A stretch of DNA of 64,000 bases, from positions 3,472,001 to 3,536,000 of the forward strand of contig NC_090366.1 of NCBI RefSeq assembly GCF_035084215.1. The letters are read 5' to 3'. This DNA is from Heptranchias perlo (Eukaryota). A program made the translations under genes and the position numbers. The notes beneath the pieces are model-generated. The model was given only the letters and a program-made list of their open reading frames with translations, searched no databases and was not told the DNA's origin. Below are positions 36,401 through 47,723 of the stretch, one piece after another. Each line of letters starts with the position of its first letter. Positions within the stretch are counted from its first letter, which is position 1.

Positions 36401-39400
36401 CAGCTATGGTTGGGCCTAAGAATTTGGCCAGAATGGGTTCCCAGTGTCAGCGTACTAAGGTGCCACCAAGGAGACAAAAGAAGAGACAGAACATTTTCCA
36501 AGAAAATCATTTTTAGTGTAAGATTTAAACTTCACGAGATTCAGACACGATCTCTTACCCAGTATAGTGATTTTATTAGGGAGTAATCATGCTTACTCAA
36601 TATTCACGTTTTGCAATACTGCTTGTTTCAGATGGACTGGAAAATCCAACCGTCAATTCCTCTATAGTAGCGGTGGATGGCAGCTCATTATTATTGTACT
36701 GCACGGCATGGGGAAAACCAGCGGTCAGTTTAAGATGGGTGAAAAATGGAGAAGAGATCAGCACATCTTCCACCAGTGAACTAACAAAGACATTCCAAAA
36801 TATTAATTCTGAAGATGATGGTGAATATTGGTGTGTGGCTAAAAATAGCCTAGGCACCGCGAACAGCTCCACACGGATTTCTGTAGAATGTAAGCGTGCA
36901 TGCATTTGTCATTTAGATAGCAGTGTTTCAATTCAGGAACCGTCGACTAGAACCTAAGTTACTCTTTCCTGCTTGAGGTGAAAGCGTCAATGTGAAATGA
37001 GCTTGGGATAGTTACACCCATTCCTCACTTTAATGAGCAGAAATTTGCGAAAACATAACTAATAAAACGGTGCTAACCCAAGATCTGTCACGTGTATTAA
37101 TGTTGAGTTAAAAATGTAATATTCAGAAACACGGTCCTTTGAATTGTCGCCCTGTTAGCTGAACATCAATAGAACGAACGCATCACAAAGCAAGGTGTCA
37201 GAAAAAATATACCTGGTGAAGAATTTGAAATTAATTGACCCTTTAGAACACTGACAGGTGAGACGCGTTGGTGGGTATGTTGTACAGAATTACCAGTCTG
37301 AGATTGCTCCCTCTGAGGAATCCCCCACAACATCTGTCAGGAGTAGTATGTATGGACTGAACATTCATTGGATCCAAAATGAAGTTGTAATAAAGTGCAA
37401 ACTTGTTTTCAGTGAAAACATAATAAGCGACAAACCTGGTGTGGCATCGGCTGCTTCTTATTGAAATACAATCTGCCAGAACCTGTATGGTTAGTTTAAT
37501 AACTGAAATAATTGTATTCAGACAGTGCAACTGTTTGACATAATTATTTCACACTGAAGTCTCTGTTTTTTTTCTGTAGATAAACCCACAATAGTATCAG
37601 GCCCGACCTGCACCAGCTCTGAGAACTGGACTGATTGTAACTGTAGTGTCAGAGCCAATCCACCAGCAAACATTACATGGGGCCTCAATGGGAGAATCAT
37701 CACTGGGAACAGATCAGATGTGAAAGTCAACTCTTGGTCGATGAAGAGTTATCTGGTGCAGAGCTCACTGACACTGACTCACCCAACTGGAACTGGAACT
37801 GGAATTCAAATCTCATGCGTTGCCGCAAACGTGCACGGTGATTGTGTCAGTAAATACCAGCCCCCTTCTGAGGGTAAATGTTCAATCTATCTGTCATTTG
37901 ATTGCTGTAAAGGAGTTGGTGCATCACTGGCCAGTCGCTCACTGAAGGCTTTCAGCGTCAGCAAACACCAGCTCCATTCGGCAGCTTAATATTGAGTCCA
38001 TGTCAAATTACGTAACGAGGTCTTTTCAGCAGTGGCCAATCACCAATTGAAGGCTAAGGTCGGCATTATCCATTTTAAAATTCAGTCTTCTGAAATTTGC
38101 CGCGTTTAAATTTGGCAAGATTAGGTGAAGCTTTCTGTACAGTACAAATAGTCGGTGATCTTGAAAAAACAACTTCTTCTGAATTAAGATCAAACCTTTG
38201 TAAATTACGGTTTCCTCTCACCATCGGATATCAAACTGCAACGTACCCTTTTGTGTATACAAGCTCATTTCAATCTTGTTCAGACTCATCTGCGCATAGA
38301 AGGCCAGTATTTCATAATCTATGAGAAATTGAATCATCTGCATAGATTATTGCTCTTTCAGCTGCATCTCGTGATGTTGGCTGAATTATATTCTGATTAA
38401 ATTATGCCCATTGTTTCTTCCGAGTGTGGGACATACTGAAGGATTTGTCAAGTGCACTCATTTTTTCAAATGTGATTTGTACGCTACAGATACGAAATCA
38501 ATCTTAAATTATTGATTACATACTTATACCAGGACGCCACGCAGGAACAAATTGTTTCTACGCAAGGATCCGCAGGATGGGCCGAATATAATCCCTGATT
38601 TTCCATTAACTGTATGATCCGAACATGATGGAAGCTTTCATCCTCATACTCATGAATGTTTTTCCAGGATTGGTGTTTTAATCCCAATATAATAATGTAT
38701 ATCCATTTTCCAACATTTTAGAAATATTCTCCTGGACAAATATCTTCATAATAGGAGGAGGAGCCGCTGGCCTTGTTATTCTAATTGCAGTCGTGGTCAC
38801 GGTGAGGAGACAAAGGTATGAGTGTTTCTTAATTGCATAAACTGGAGGTTTATTCAGACAAGTATAAAGTGGACCTTGCATCAGAAAGACTATGTAACAG
38901 AAACTCGTTTAATAACCACCCACTAAGAACAGTGAGTCTGAATTGGAGCAGTGTGGGGAGGGGCAATCTTCCCCTGAACAGTATCTCATCTCCCAGCACC
39001 AACCACAGAGTAATATTAGTGGATGCTTGAATCCGGCTCCGTGTACATTCATCCTGTTACATTATTGGAGCTTTGTTTCCTTATGTTTAACTTGGTAATT
39101 TTTGGACTTCAGTCTCTCGTTCTGCTCGCGTGGCTGATCCCTCGAGCACTATATCGCAGGGAGTGCTTTAACCTCCCCTGAAATCTGGGTAAAGTTTGTC
39201 GCATGCTCAAGGAGTGGACATCGAATCGCGGTCTGTTTGTTTCAGCCGCTACGGTTATTGGGCACTCCCGCGCGAGCCTCCTCGTCATGGGAACGTCTCA
39301 GAATAACTTTGTACTCGAATTTTACTTAGGTTTTACTGATGAAGCAAAAATACATTACTTGTATATTATACTATTTGTTTGAAATTGTATAATTACACCA

Positions 39401-42400
39401 GTTGTTAAGTTTGTTTGGCTCCAGGAGTGGAAAATTAAATTTAAATTAGGGTGTAATTGATGTACAAAAGTATGATATCAGAAATTCATTATGTAGCGGT
39501 ACTCATCTTATCCTTACCAATTAATTAAACTATTTGGCCTGGCTAGTTTTCGTTGAAAGCCCCAGAAAAACTCACTGCTTTAAAATGGACAGATTGATAT
39601 TTACCTTCAGAAAGGTTACCGGCTCCAATATTCAAATAAGAATCTATTCGGTTCACCATGAGTTGCCAATCAAAGTTATCCTTCAATAAATCACACAGAA
39701 TGTTTATATGTGAAGTGAATGACGGGGTTTCTCCCATAGGCGGCTCCTGACAACAGCCAATAATTGGGAAACAGTCCTTACGGAATGAGATTTTTTGAAT
39801 TGTGCAATTTCTTATTCGTTCGTTGATCATGGCATAATGGCAGAAGCCAATTCCATGCGAAATAATGTAAAAGTGCTCCTTTCAGAGGCACAGAAGAAGG
39901 ATTTGAGTACGATTAATGAGGAATATTGATTCCTCATGTCAAACTCCAATGGCTTGAAGTCATCCACGTGATAATAGCGAGGAATGTGTTTCCACGTTGG
40001 AACTCTTCCATCTGCTATTTAATAAGGCGTTGCATTTTTAACATGCCCCCTCTGTCCTTTATTTAGCACAATCAAATTTCACCCAGTGCAAATAGCACTA
40101 AGCCATTGTCGAGCTTCATCGACAAAGAAAACGTTCTCTTTAGAAATGTGGTCACGTGGGAATTGAAAATAAATGTTATGAGGCCTAATATGTGCTAATT
40201 AGGAAACGTAAAGGAGACAAATCTTTCCTGAACTACTGACTTCCTTCATCGTACAGGTACAGCATAAATTACGTAAACTTACTTCGGTTAATTATGCAAA
40301 GTGCATCATTTATATTTGAGATTATTCAGGAAGAAACTTGGTGAAGCTGCGTATGTTTCAGAAACGGAAGATGATTCTGTGATTTACGCTGTGGTACAGA
40401 AAACACTAAACGCTGAGGTAAGTGAAGCCACGCTGGAGTTACATTTGTAGGATATTTATTTAGCTGTCAACGAGCAAGTGACACAAAGCAAGCAAAATCC
40501 AACAGATAAATGGAAGTTTCAGAAACTTGGTGGCCGTTGTTTTTGAGCTAATAGTAGCCTCCTCATGCCGCTAAGAGTGAAGCATTTCTACAGACTCTAA
40601 ATGTAGTGACCTAATAAATGGAATTAGGGAACTATTCTCGCATTGGCGTTCCCGATCAAATCAAACTCTTTGTAAAAGAATGAGTTTCCTATGTGATTAC
40701 ACACAGAGACCAGAACAGATAATGCCCCCTCCACTCTAACATTAGGATTCATGTGATAAATGTTCAACATTGAGAAAGATATATGTAAGACCAAAGTAAT
40801 TGGTTGGATAAAAGATAATTTTGCGGGGATGAGAATGGAACAAGGGAAGGTAAGGTGGGAAAAAATGACAGACAAAGAAATAGAACAGCAGTGCGAAATA
40901 TTTAAAATGGTGATCAATAGAGATCAGGAGAAATATATTCCTCCAAAAAACAAGATCAAACGAGCCAATAATCAAATACAATGGATGAATAAAGAGATAA
41001 GGATATAATTGAAATGAAAAACGTCATGTTCCAAGTACATACACAATAAACGAGAGGATGACAAAAGGGAAAACGAAGAGGGTAGGGAGGATACGTGTTA
41101 AAGAATGTAATTAGGGGAGCAAATAGGAACTACGAAATCAAATTAACAAGCAATATAAAAAGAAATAGTAAAGTATTCTCCAGACACATAAATAACAAAT
41201 GAAGAATCAGGATAGGTATAGTGCCAATAATGGATGCACAAGATAATATATGTAATGACAGTGGAATGGCAGAATATTAAGTAGTTTTTATCAGGGGGAC
41301 TAAGAAGAAGGATATGACTTTAGGAGAGGAGAACAAAACAGGTATAAAGGCAATTAAGATAGAAAGGCGGGAGATAATTGATAAATTGATCAAACTTAGA
41401 GAGAATCAGACTCCTCGTCCGGACAGATTGCATCCGTGTATAATAAAATATTTTAGGTAGAAGAAAGCAGAGGCACTATTATATGTATAAAACAATTCAT
41501 TAGTGATGGAATAGTGTCAGAGGACTGGCGGGCAGCTAATGCTTTTCCTGCATTTAAAAAGGGGGATAGAACAAGGCCATGGAACTAATGGCCAGTTAGC
41601 TTAACGTCGGTGGGAGGACAGATAATGGAAACTTTACGCAAAATTTAATCGAAAATCATCGAGAAAACAACAATATAATAAAGAATAGTCAGCACGGATT
41701 TCAGAAGGGAAAATCATGCTTGACCGACCTTACTGAATTTTTTGATTAAGTAACAGAAAGAGTAGAGAAGGTCATGTAGTAGATGTAATATATTTGAATT
41801 TTCAAAAGGTCTTCGATAATGTACCCACTGTAGACTAATGACCAAGATCAGAGCGTGTGAAGTCAGAGGACAGGTGGTAGAATGATTAGCAAGTTGGCTA
41901 CAAAACAGAAAACAGAGGGTAGGGATTAAGGGTAGCTATTCAAAGTGGCAAACGTTGGGAAATGATGATCCACAAGCATCGGGACTGGGATCACTGTTGT
42001 TCCCAATTTGCATCAACGATTTGGACTCGGGAATCGGAAGCATAATTTGAAAATTTGCAGATGACAAGAAATTACGGGTTACAGTTAACACAAGGGAGGA
42101 ATGTGTTAAATCACAAGAATGCATTAATAAACGTCCAGAATGCACGCCTAATTGGCAAACGAATTTCAAAATAGATAAGTGTGAGCTGGTGCGTTTTGTT
42201 ACGAAGAATAAGGAGGCCAAATATTGCTAAGATAGTAAGAGTGTGGATGGGGCAAAGGAATATGGGGGTACAGATACACGAATCAGTAAATGTAGCGCTG
42301 TAGGTTTATAAGGCCATAAAAACGGCACACCAAGCACTGGGGTTCACTTTCAGAGGTACAGAATTGAAAAGCAGATAAGTTATATTAAGCTTGTATCGAA

Positions 42401-43881
42401 CCTTGGCTGGATGACACTTCGAGTACTGTGCATAGTTCTGGTCTCCATATCACAAAAAGGAGGTAGAGGCACTGGGGAAGGTGCAAGAAAGGACTGACAA
42501 GGATGATACCAGAACTGAGAGGATATATTTATCAGGAAAGTCTGAACAGGCTGGGCCTCATTTCTATAGAAAAGGAAAGGTCGAGTGTTGACCAGGTAAA
42601 GGTCTTCAAGATTATGAAAGGGTTTGATAGGGTAAACGTAGAGACAATGTTTCCTCTTGTGGGGGAGTCCAAAACTAGAGATCATAAAAATAAAATAGTC
42701 GCGAATAAATTCAATATGGAAATCAGGCGTAATGTCTTTACCCAAAGAGAGGTAATTCACTAGTTGCTGCATTTTTCTACAACCTGAGACGGCACTTTAA
42801 TAGTTATTCATTGCATGGCAGTGCTTAGGTCTTCATAATCATAGAATCATACAGCACACATAAAGGCCATTCAGCCCATCGTGCCGGTGCCGGATCTTCG
42901 AAAAAGCTCTACAATTAGTCTCACTACCCCTGTACCTCCATCGCCACCCCACCATCTCTTGCACTTCCCCTATAGCACAGCAATATTTCTCCTTTCCAAC
43001 CATATATCCAATTACCATTTGTAAGTTACAATTCAATCTGCCTCCACCACGCTTTCATACAGTGCTTTCTCGATCACAACAACTCGCTGCGTAAAAACAA
43101 ATTCTCTTCAACTCCACTCTAGTTCTTTTTGTCAATTATCTTAAATGTGTGTCCTTTGGTTACCGACTCACCGACAGGAAAACAGTTTCTTCTTAGTTAA
43201 AAACCTTTCATAACTTTGAAGAAATCTATAAAGTCCACGCTTAACCTTCTCTGCTGTCAGGAGACCAATCCCAGCGTCTCTAGTCTCTACATATAAATGA
43301 AGACTCTCATCCCTGGCATAATTCGGGTACATCTCCTCTGCACCCTCTCCAAGGCTTTGACAACCTTCCAAAATGTGGTGCTCAGAACTGTACACAATAC
43401 TCCTGCTGGAGCCTCACGCATGATTTGTCGAGGGTTCGCATTACTCCGCTGCATCTGCCCTGTATGCCACTGTTGATAAAGCCCAGCATCTCGCATTTTT
43501 TTTAACGTCCTTATCAGCTTGTCCTGCTATGTAATTGCAAGTTCTTTCTTACATGCATGAAGACTTCACTGATCAACTCATGGATCGGGTGCAATAGAAT
43601 ACTACCAGAGATGCCATAATATGATTTGCTCTGGAAAAGACAACACAGTTCCATTTACGTTCAATTCATGTCCGTAGTAACTCCATATCTAACACAAATG
43701 CCTTTCGTTACAGAACGGTGTTCGGATTACAGCCCCTGGCCTTGGCATCACGAAATCAACCAAACCAGATCAGAATGAAGGGGTTCTGTACACATCTATC
43801 AATATCTCAAACTTCCGCAAACAGGAACGACCGATCCAAAATGAGGACACCTGCGAATATGCAAAAATAAAACATTGTTAA
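33425..43881 (+). CDS. Intact Siglec-like (MAG/CD22/CD33-related) inhibitory receptor, 545 aa; V-set + 3 C2-type Ig domains, TM, ITIM tail; lacks the essential Arg
   Basis: Hand-spliced join(33425..33467,34054..34434,35756..36067,36632..36889,37580..37873,38722..38815,40330..40417,43714..43881) = 1638 nt. All introns are GT-AG, phases 1,1,1,1,1,2,0, with no internal stops. Siglec Cys signature: SCALIPCTF ... QCSILI in V; CSIIHSCP in domain 2; MAG-like CxxxxxxxxCxC last domain. Tyr motifs VIYAVV, VLYTSI, CEYAKI. Confidence 0.88.
34054..34434 (+). CDS. Siglec-like copy 2 exon 2 (V-set Ig domain)
   Basis: tttttctctcag acceptor and g|GTGAGT donor; QWSVVIP..DSCALIPCTF..GRW..RTELRGDLAKSQCSILI..DEGTYCFIVEI. 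Confidence 0.92.
35756..36067 (+). CDS. Siglec-like copy 2 exon 3 (C2-set domain 2)
   Basis: ttgcag acceptor and t|GTAAGT donor; LTCSIIHSCP..LRW..SSVLIFTPSSAHDGKKLGC, typical Siglec domain 2. Confidence 0.92.
36632..36889 (+). CDS. Siglec-like copy 2 exon 4 (Ig domain 3)
   Basis: tttcag acceptor and t|GTAAGC donor; LYCTAWGKPAVSLRW..EDDGEYWCVAKN. Confidence 0.92.
37580..37873 (+). CDS. Siglec-like copy 2 exon 5 (membrane-proximal Ig domain 4)
   Basis: ctgtag acceptor and g|GTAAAT donor; GPTCTSSENWTDCNCSVRANPPANITW..ISCVAANVHG resembles the last domain of MAG/CD33-related Siglecs. Confidence 0.9.
38722..38815 (+). CDS. Siglec-like copy 2 exon 6 (transmembrane)
   Basis: ttttag acceptor and ag|GTATGA donor; IFIIGGGAAGLVILIAVVVTV followed by basic stop-transfer RRQR. 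Confidence 0.88.
40330..40417 (+). CDS. Siglec-like copy 2 exon 7 (cytoplasmic, ITIM VIYAVV)
   Basis: ttcag acceptor in phase 2 matching the TM exon; gag|GTAAGT donor; conserved in copy 1 (VTYAVV). Confidence 0.85.
40745..42765 (+). mobile_element. Old CR1 LINE in copy 2 intron 7
   Basis: Decayed RT (cagcacggatttcagaagggaaaatcatgcttgac; tttgcagatgac); absent in copy 1. Confidence 0.88.
42836..43530 (-). mobile_element. CR1 3' fragment
   Basis: Paralog of 14245-14895; ALERVQRRCTRIMPG. Confidence 0.8.
43714..43881 (+). CDS. Siglec-like copy 2 exon 8 (cytoplasmic, ITIM VLYTSI + distal CEYAKI, stop)
   Basis: cctttcgttacag acceptor in phase 0; open to TAA; same length and frame as the paralogous exon 15079-15246. 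Confidence 0.85.
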   Translation, partial: NGVRITAPGLGITKSTKPDQNEGVLYTSINISNFRKQERPIQNEDTCEYAKIKHC

Positions 43882-44475
43882 CAGGAGTTACGTTGACAGG
43901 ACAAATGGTTTGGCGACCGGCAATACCTTAAAACAACTGATATAAAACAGACAACTTTGCGTTGCAATAAGGACTGTCAAAATGGACACCTTTCAGAAAA
44001 TATAAGGAAATGCAACCACTGCTCTTTTTTGGAATATTCTGATTTTCAATCACAAAGTAGATATAATTTAAAACAAACATACACAATAGGAGGGAATGTA
44101 ACTTCTCAACATTTTTCTGTGTTCTGTTAAAATAATTATGCTCCAAACCATTTCTAAAATTGTCATTGACTATTATTCTGCTTGAAACCATTCCCCGACA
44201 GTATGAACCCTCACCACATGGGATTAGGTTGCAAAAAAAATTGCAATAAAACACAAGGAATATATCTTTGCTTCCTGCTGCGCCTGATTTAAACAAATTT
44301 AAACATAGGCTCCGAGCAAGCGTAAATGCAGGAAACTGGATTGTAAGGCACTGCAACTTGCTGGTGGAGCAATGATTATGGGCGTAGATGATTTCTGTCG
44401 AGAGGTCCACAGATAAATGTAAAAGAAAATTGATTTGGAATTATTTGATTTATGTCCTGTTTTTGCGTGCATCTG

Positions 44476-44547
44476 GGTGCACATTCGTCGTGGTTCGTAC
44501 TCTGCGTTGTGGTCGCAGTAGCCACGATTCGAATCCGAGTCATTGCA
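44476..44547 (+). pseudogene. tRNA-His(GUG) pseudogene
   Basis: gtggttcgtactctgcgttGTGgtcgcagtagccacgattcgaatccgagtcattgca closely follows vertebrate tRNA-His; 5' acceptor and D arms decayed. Confidence 0.8.
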
Positions 44548-45031
44548 CAGTTTCCTTTACCGCTTTTGCCCACTGCTACATAAGCCAATAGAAAGCAGCA
44601 AGAGATCAATCTTTATTACCTGAAAAAAATAATTTTGTTGATGGTGAAAGCCAGTTCACTCATTTGACATCCTTGCATCCTCTATGCTCCAAAATTCAAT
44701 CCCGCCTCTTAGAATCATAGATTCATACAGCACAGAAGGAGGCCCAATTGGTCCATCGTGTCTGTGTCGGCACTTTGAAAGAGCTATCCAATTATTCCCA
44801 CCCCGCTGCTCTTTCCCTATGGTCCTGCACATTTTTCCTTTTCAAGCTTTTGTCCAATTCCTCTTTTAAAGTTATTATTGAAACTGTTTTCACCACCCTT
44901 TAAGGTATTGCACTCCAGATCTTAACAACTCACTATATTAAAAACAATTATCTCCATATCCCTCTTCTATTTTTTGCCAATTCTCTTAAATCTGTGTTCT
45001 CTGGTTGCCTACCCTACTTACAGTGTAAGCA

Positions 45032-47723
45032 TGTAAGAACATAAGAACATAAGAACATAAGAAATTGGAGCAGGAGTAGGCCAATCGGCCCCTCGAGCCT
45101 GCTCCGCCATTCAATAAGATCATGGCTGATCTGATCCCAACCACAAATCTAAAGAACACAAGAAGTCGGAGCAGGACCCGGCCACATAGCCCCTGGGCCC
45201 TCTCCGCCACCCACAGGGCATTGACCGATCCGAACTCAGCTTCATGTCCAATTTCCTGCCCGCTCCCCATAACCCCTAATTCCCTTTACTTCTAGGAAAC
45301 TGTCTATTTCTGTTTTAAATTTATCTAATGATGTAGCTTCCACAGCTTCCTGGGGCAGCAAATTCCACAGACCTACCACCCTCTGAGTGAAGAAGTTTCT
45401 CCTCATCTCAGTTTTGAAAGAGCAGCCCCTTATTCTAAGATTATGCCCCCTAGTTCTAGTTTCACCCATCTTTGGGAACATCCTTACTGCATCCACCCGA
45501 TCAAGACCCTTCACAATCTTATATGTTTCAATAAGATCGCCTCTCATTCTTCTGAACTCCAATGAGTAGAGTCCCAATCTACTCAACCTCTCCTCATATG
45601 TCCGCCCCCTCATCCCCGGGATTAACCGAGTGAACCTTCTGTGTACTGCCTCGAGAGCAAGTATGTCTTTTCTTAAGTATGGAGACCAAAACTGTGTGCA
45701 GTATTCCAGGTGCGGTCTCACCAATACCTTATATAACTGCAGCAATACCTCCTTGTTTTTATATTCTATCCCCCTAGCAATAAAAGCCAACATTCCGTTG
45801 GCTTTCTTGATCACCTGCTGCACCTGCATACCAACTTTTTGATTTTCTTGCACTAGGACCCCCAGATCCCTTTGTGCTGCAGTACTTTCCAGTCTCTCGC
45901 CATTAAGAAAATAACTTGCTCTCTGATTTTTCCTGCCAAAGTGCATAACCTCACATTTTCCAATATTATATTGCATCTGCCAAATCTCCGCCCACTCACC
46001 CAGCCTGTCTATATCCCCTTGCAGGTTTTTTATGTCCTCCTCACTCTCTACTTTCCCTCCCATCTTTGTATCATCTGCAAATTTTGATATGTTGCACTCG
46101 GTCCCCTCCTCCAAATCGTTAATATAGATTGTAAAGAGTTGGGGACCCAGCACCGACCCCTGTGGAACACCACTGGTTACTGGTTGCCAGTCCGAAAATG
46201 AACCATTTTCCCCAACTCTCTGCTTCCTGTTTGATAACCAATCCTCCACCCATGCCAGAATATTACCCCCAATCCCGTGATTTTTTATCTTAAGTAATAA
46301 TCTTTTATGTGGCACCTTGTCGAATGCCTTCTGGAAGTCTAAATACACTACGTCCACTGGTTCCCCTTTATCCACCCTATACGTTATATCCTCGAAGAAC
46401 TCAAGCAAATTTGTCAGACATGACTTCCCCTTCATAAAGCCATGCTGACTTTGTCCTATTAAATTATGCTTATCTAAATGTTCCGTTACTGTCTCCTTAA
46501 TAATAGACTCCAAAATTTTACCCACCACAGATGTTAAGCTAACTGGCCTATAATTTCCAGCCTTCTGCCTACTACCCTTTTTAAATAACGGTGTTACATT
46601 AGCAGTTTTCCAATCTGTCGGGACCTCTCCTGAGTCCAGGGAATTTTGGAAAACTATCACCAAAGCATCCACAATCCCTACTGCCACTTCCCTCAAGACC
46701 CTAGGATGGAAGCCATCAGGTCCAGGGGATTTATCCGCCTTGAGTCCCATTATTTTACTGAGTACCATCTCCTGAGTGATTTTAATCGTATTTAGCTCCT
46801 CCCCCCCGAGAGTCCCCCGTTTGTCCAGTGTTGGGATATTCTTAGTGTCCTCTACTGTAAAGACTGAAACAAAATATTTGTTCAGCATTTTTGCCATCTC
46901 CATGTTTCCCACCATTAATTTCCCGGTCTCATCCTCTAAGGGACCTATGTTTGCCTTAGCCACCCTTTTTCTTTTTATATAACTATAGAAACTCTTGCTA
47001 TCTGTTTTTATATTTTTTGCTAATTTCTTTTCATAATCTAACTTCCCTTTCTTAATCAATCCTTTAGTTACTTTAAGCTAATGGCTTAAAACAAACATAC
47101 ACAATAGGAGGGCAAAAGTTCAGCATCTCCTTGAGGACAAGGACAATTCACACGGCAGAACATCAGGGAGACTATAGAATAGATAACATTAACGACAGAA
47201 GGTGGTTTACAGCTAAACAAAAGATGTGGTTGATATGAAACCGACATTGTTGGGGCCGTGCAAGGCCGAATAAGGGGGTTGTACTCAGCTGAGAAGTACG
47301 CATTCCTCAGAGGAACATAACAGCTTGTAAACAGAGATGGAGGTCGCAATCATTAGCTCCATTCGGTGAAACAGCTTATCTTGAGTTGCCATCATTGAGT
47401 CAACGCGGTGGGAGGACTTATGACCATTCGGTGCTTACGTAAAGATAGGGCATGCTCCCACCCAGAAAGTGAGAGTTCACAAGAGGGTACGGTTGGAAGT
47501 CCATCGGGTTGTATTGATTGCTTGTCATTTGATGTAATCTGTCGACAGTTGAATTATAACTATAATACCGTTGAATATAATGTTGATGCTGTCGTGCAAC
47601 TCTGTTGTAAGTCAATCTGCTAAACTTGTTATTTTATGATCACTCCGGCTGGAATCTATCAGGAGTTATTGTTGATGGATTAACAAACCATGGTTGCGAC
47701 AGTAACGGAGAAATCCGCTAACA
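45032..47723 (+). mobile_element. Solo LTR (~650 bp, body 47074-47723), 5-bp TSD AAGCA, interrupted by a young CR1
   Basis: Reconstructed ends TGTAAGC..GCTAACA; AAGCA at 45027-45031 and 47724-47728. Confidence 0.7.
45034..47073 (-). mobile_element. Very young 5'-truncated CR1 LINE with uninterrupted RT frame
   Basis: 605-aa open frame 45242-47059 with NYRPVSLTS, QHGF, LDFQKAFD, GVPQGSVLGP, FADD; (TAAGAACA)n tail; TAAG at both ends. Confidence 0.96.

Larger units (their letters stand above)
24190..45025 (+). repeat. Segmental duplication unit 2 (paralogous to ~1-16735)
   Basis: Colinear similarity of non-coding and coding sequence, e.g. 1-470 vs 24190-24660, 4223-5900 vs 26720-28150, 16200-16735 vs 44100-44965. 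Confidence 0.92.

Noticed and set aside
33425-43881. Assigning MAG, CD22, SIGLEC1 or CD33 as gene symbol
   Set aside because: Domain count, tail and missing Arg fit none exactly; orthology needs a phylogeny.
44355-44400. Possible tRNA-Gly 5' remnant upstream of the His relic
   Set aside because: Too degenerate to support by eye.
45242-47059. 605-aa ORF as a host gene or autonomous element
   Set aside because: It is 5'-truncated CR1 ORF2 lacking the endonuclease, ORF1 and promoter.
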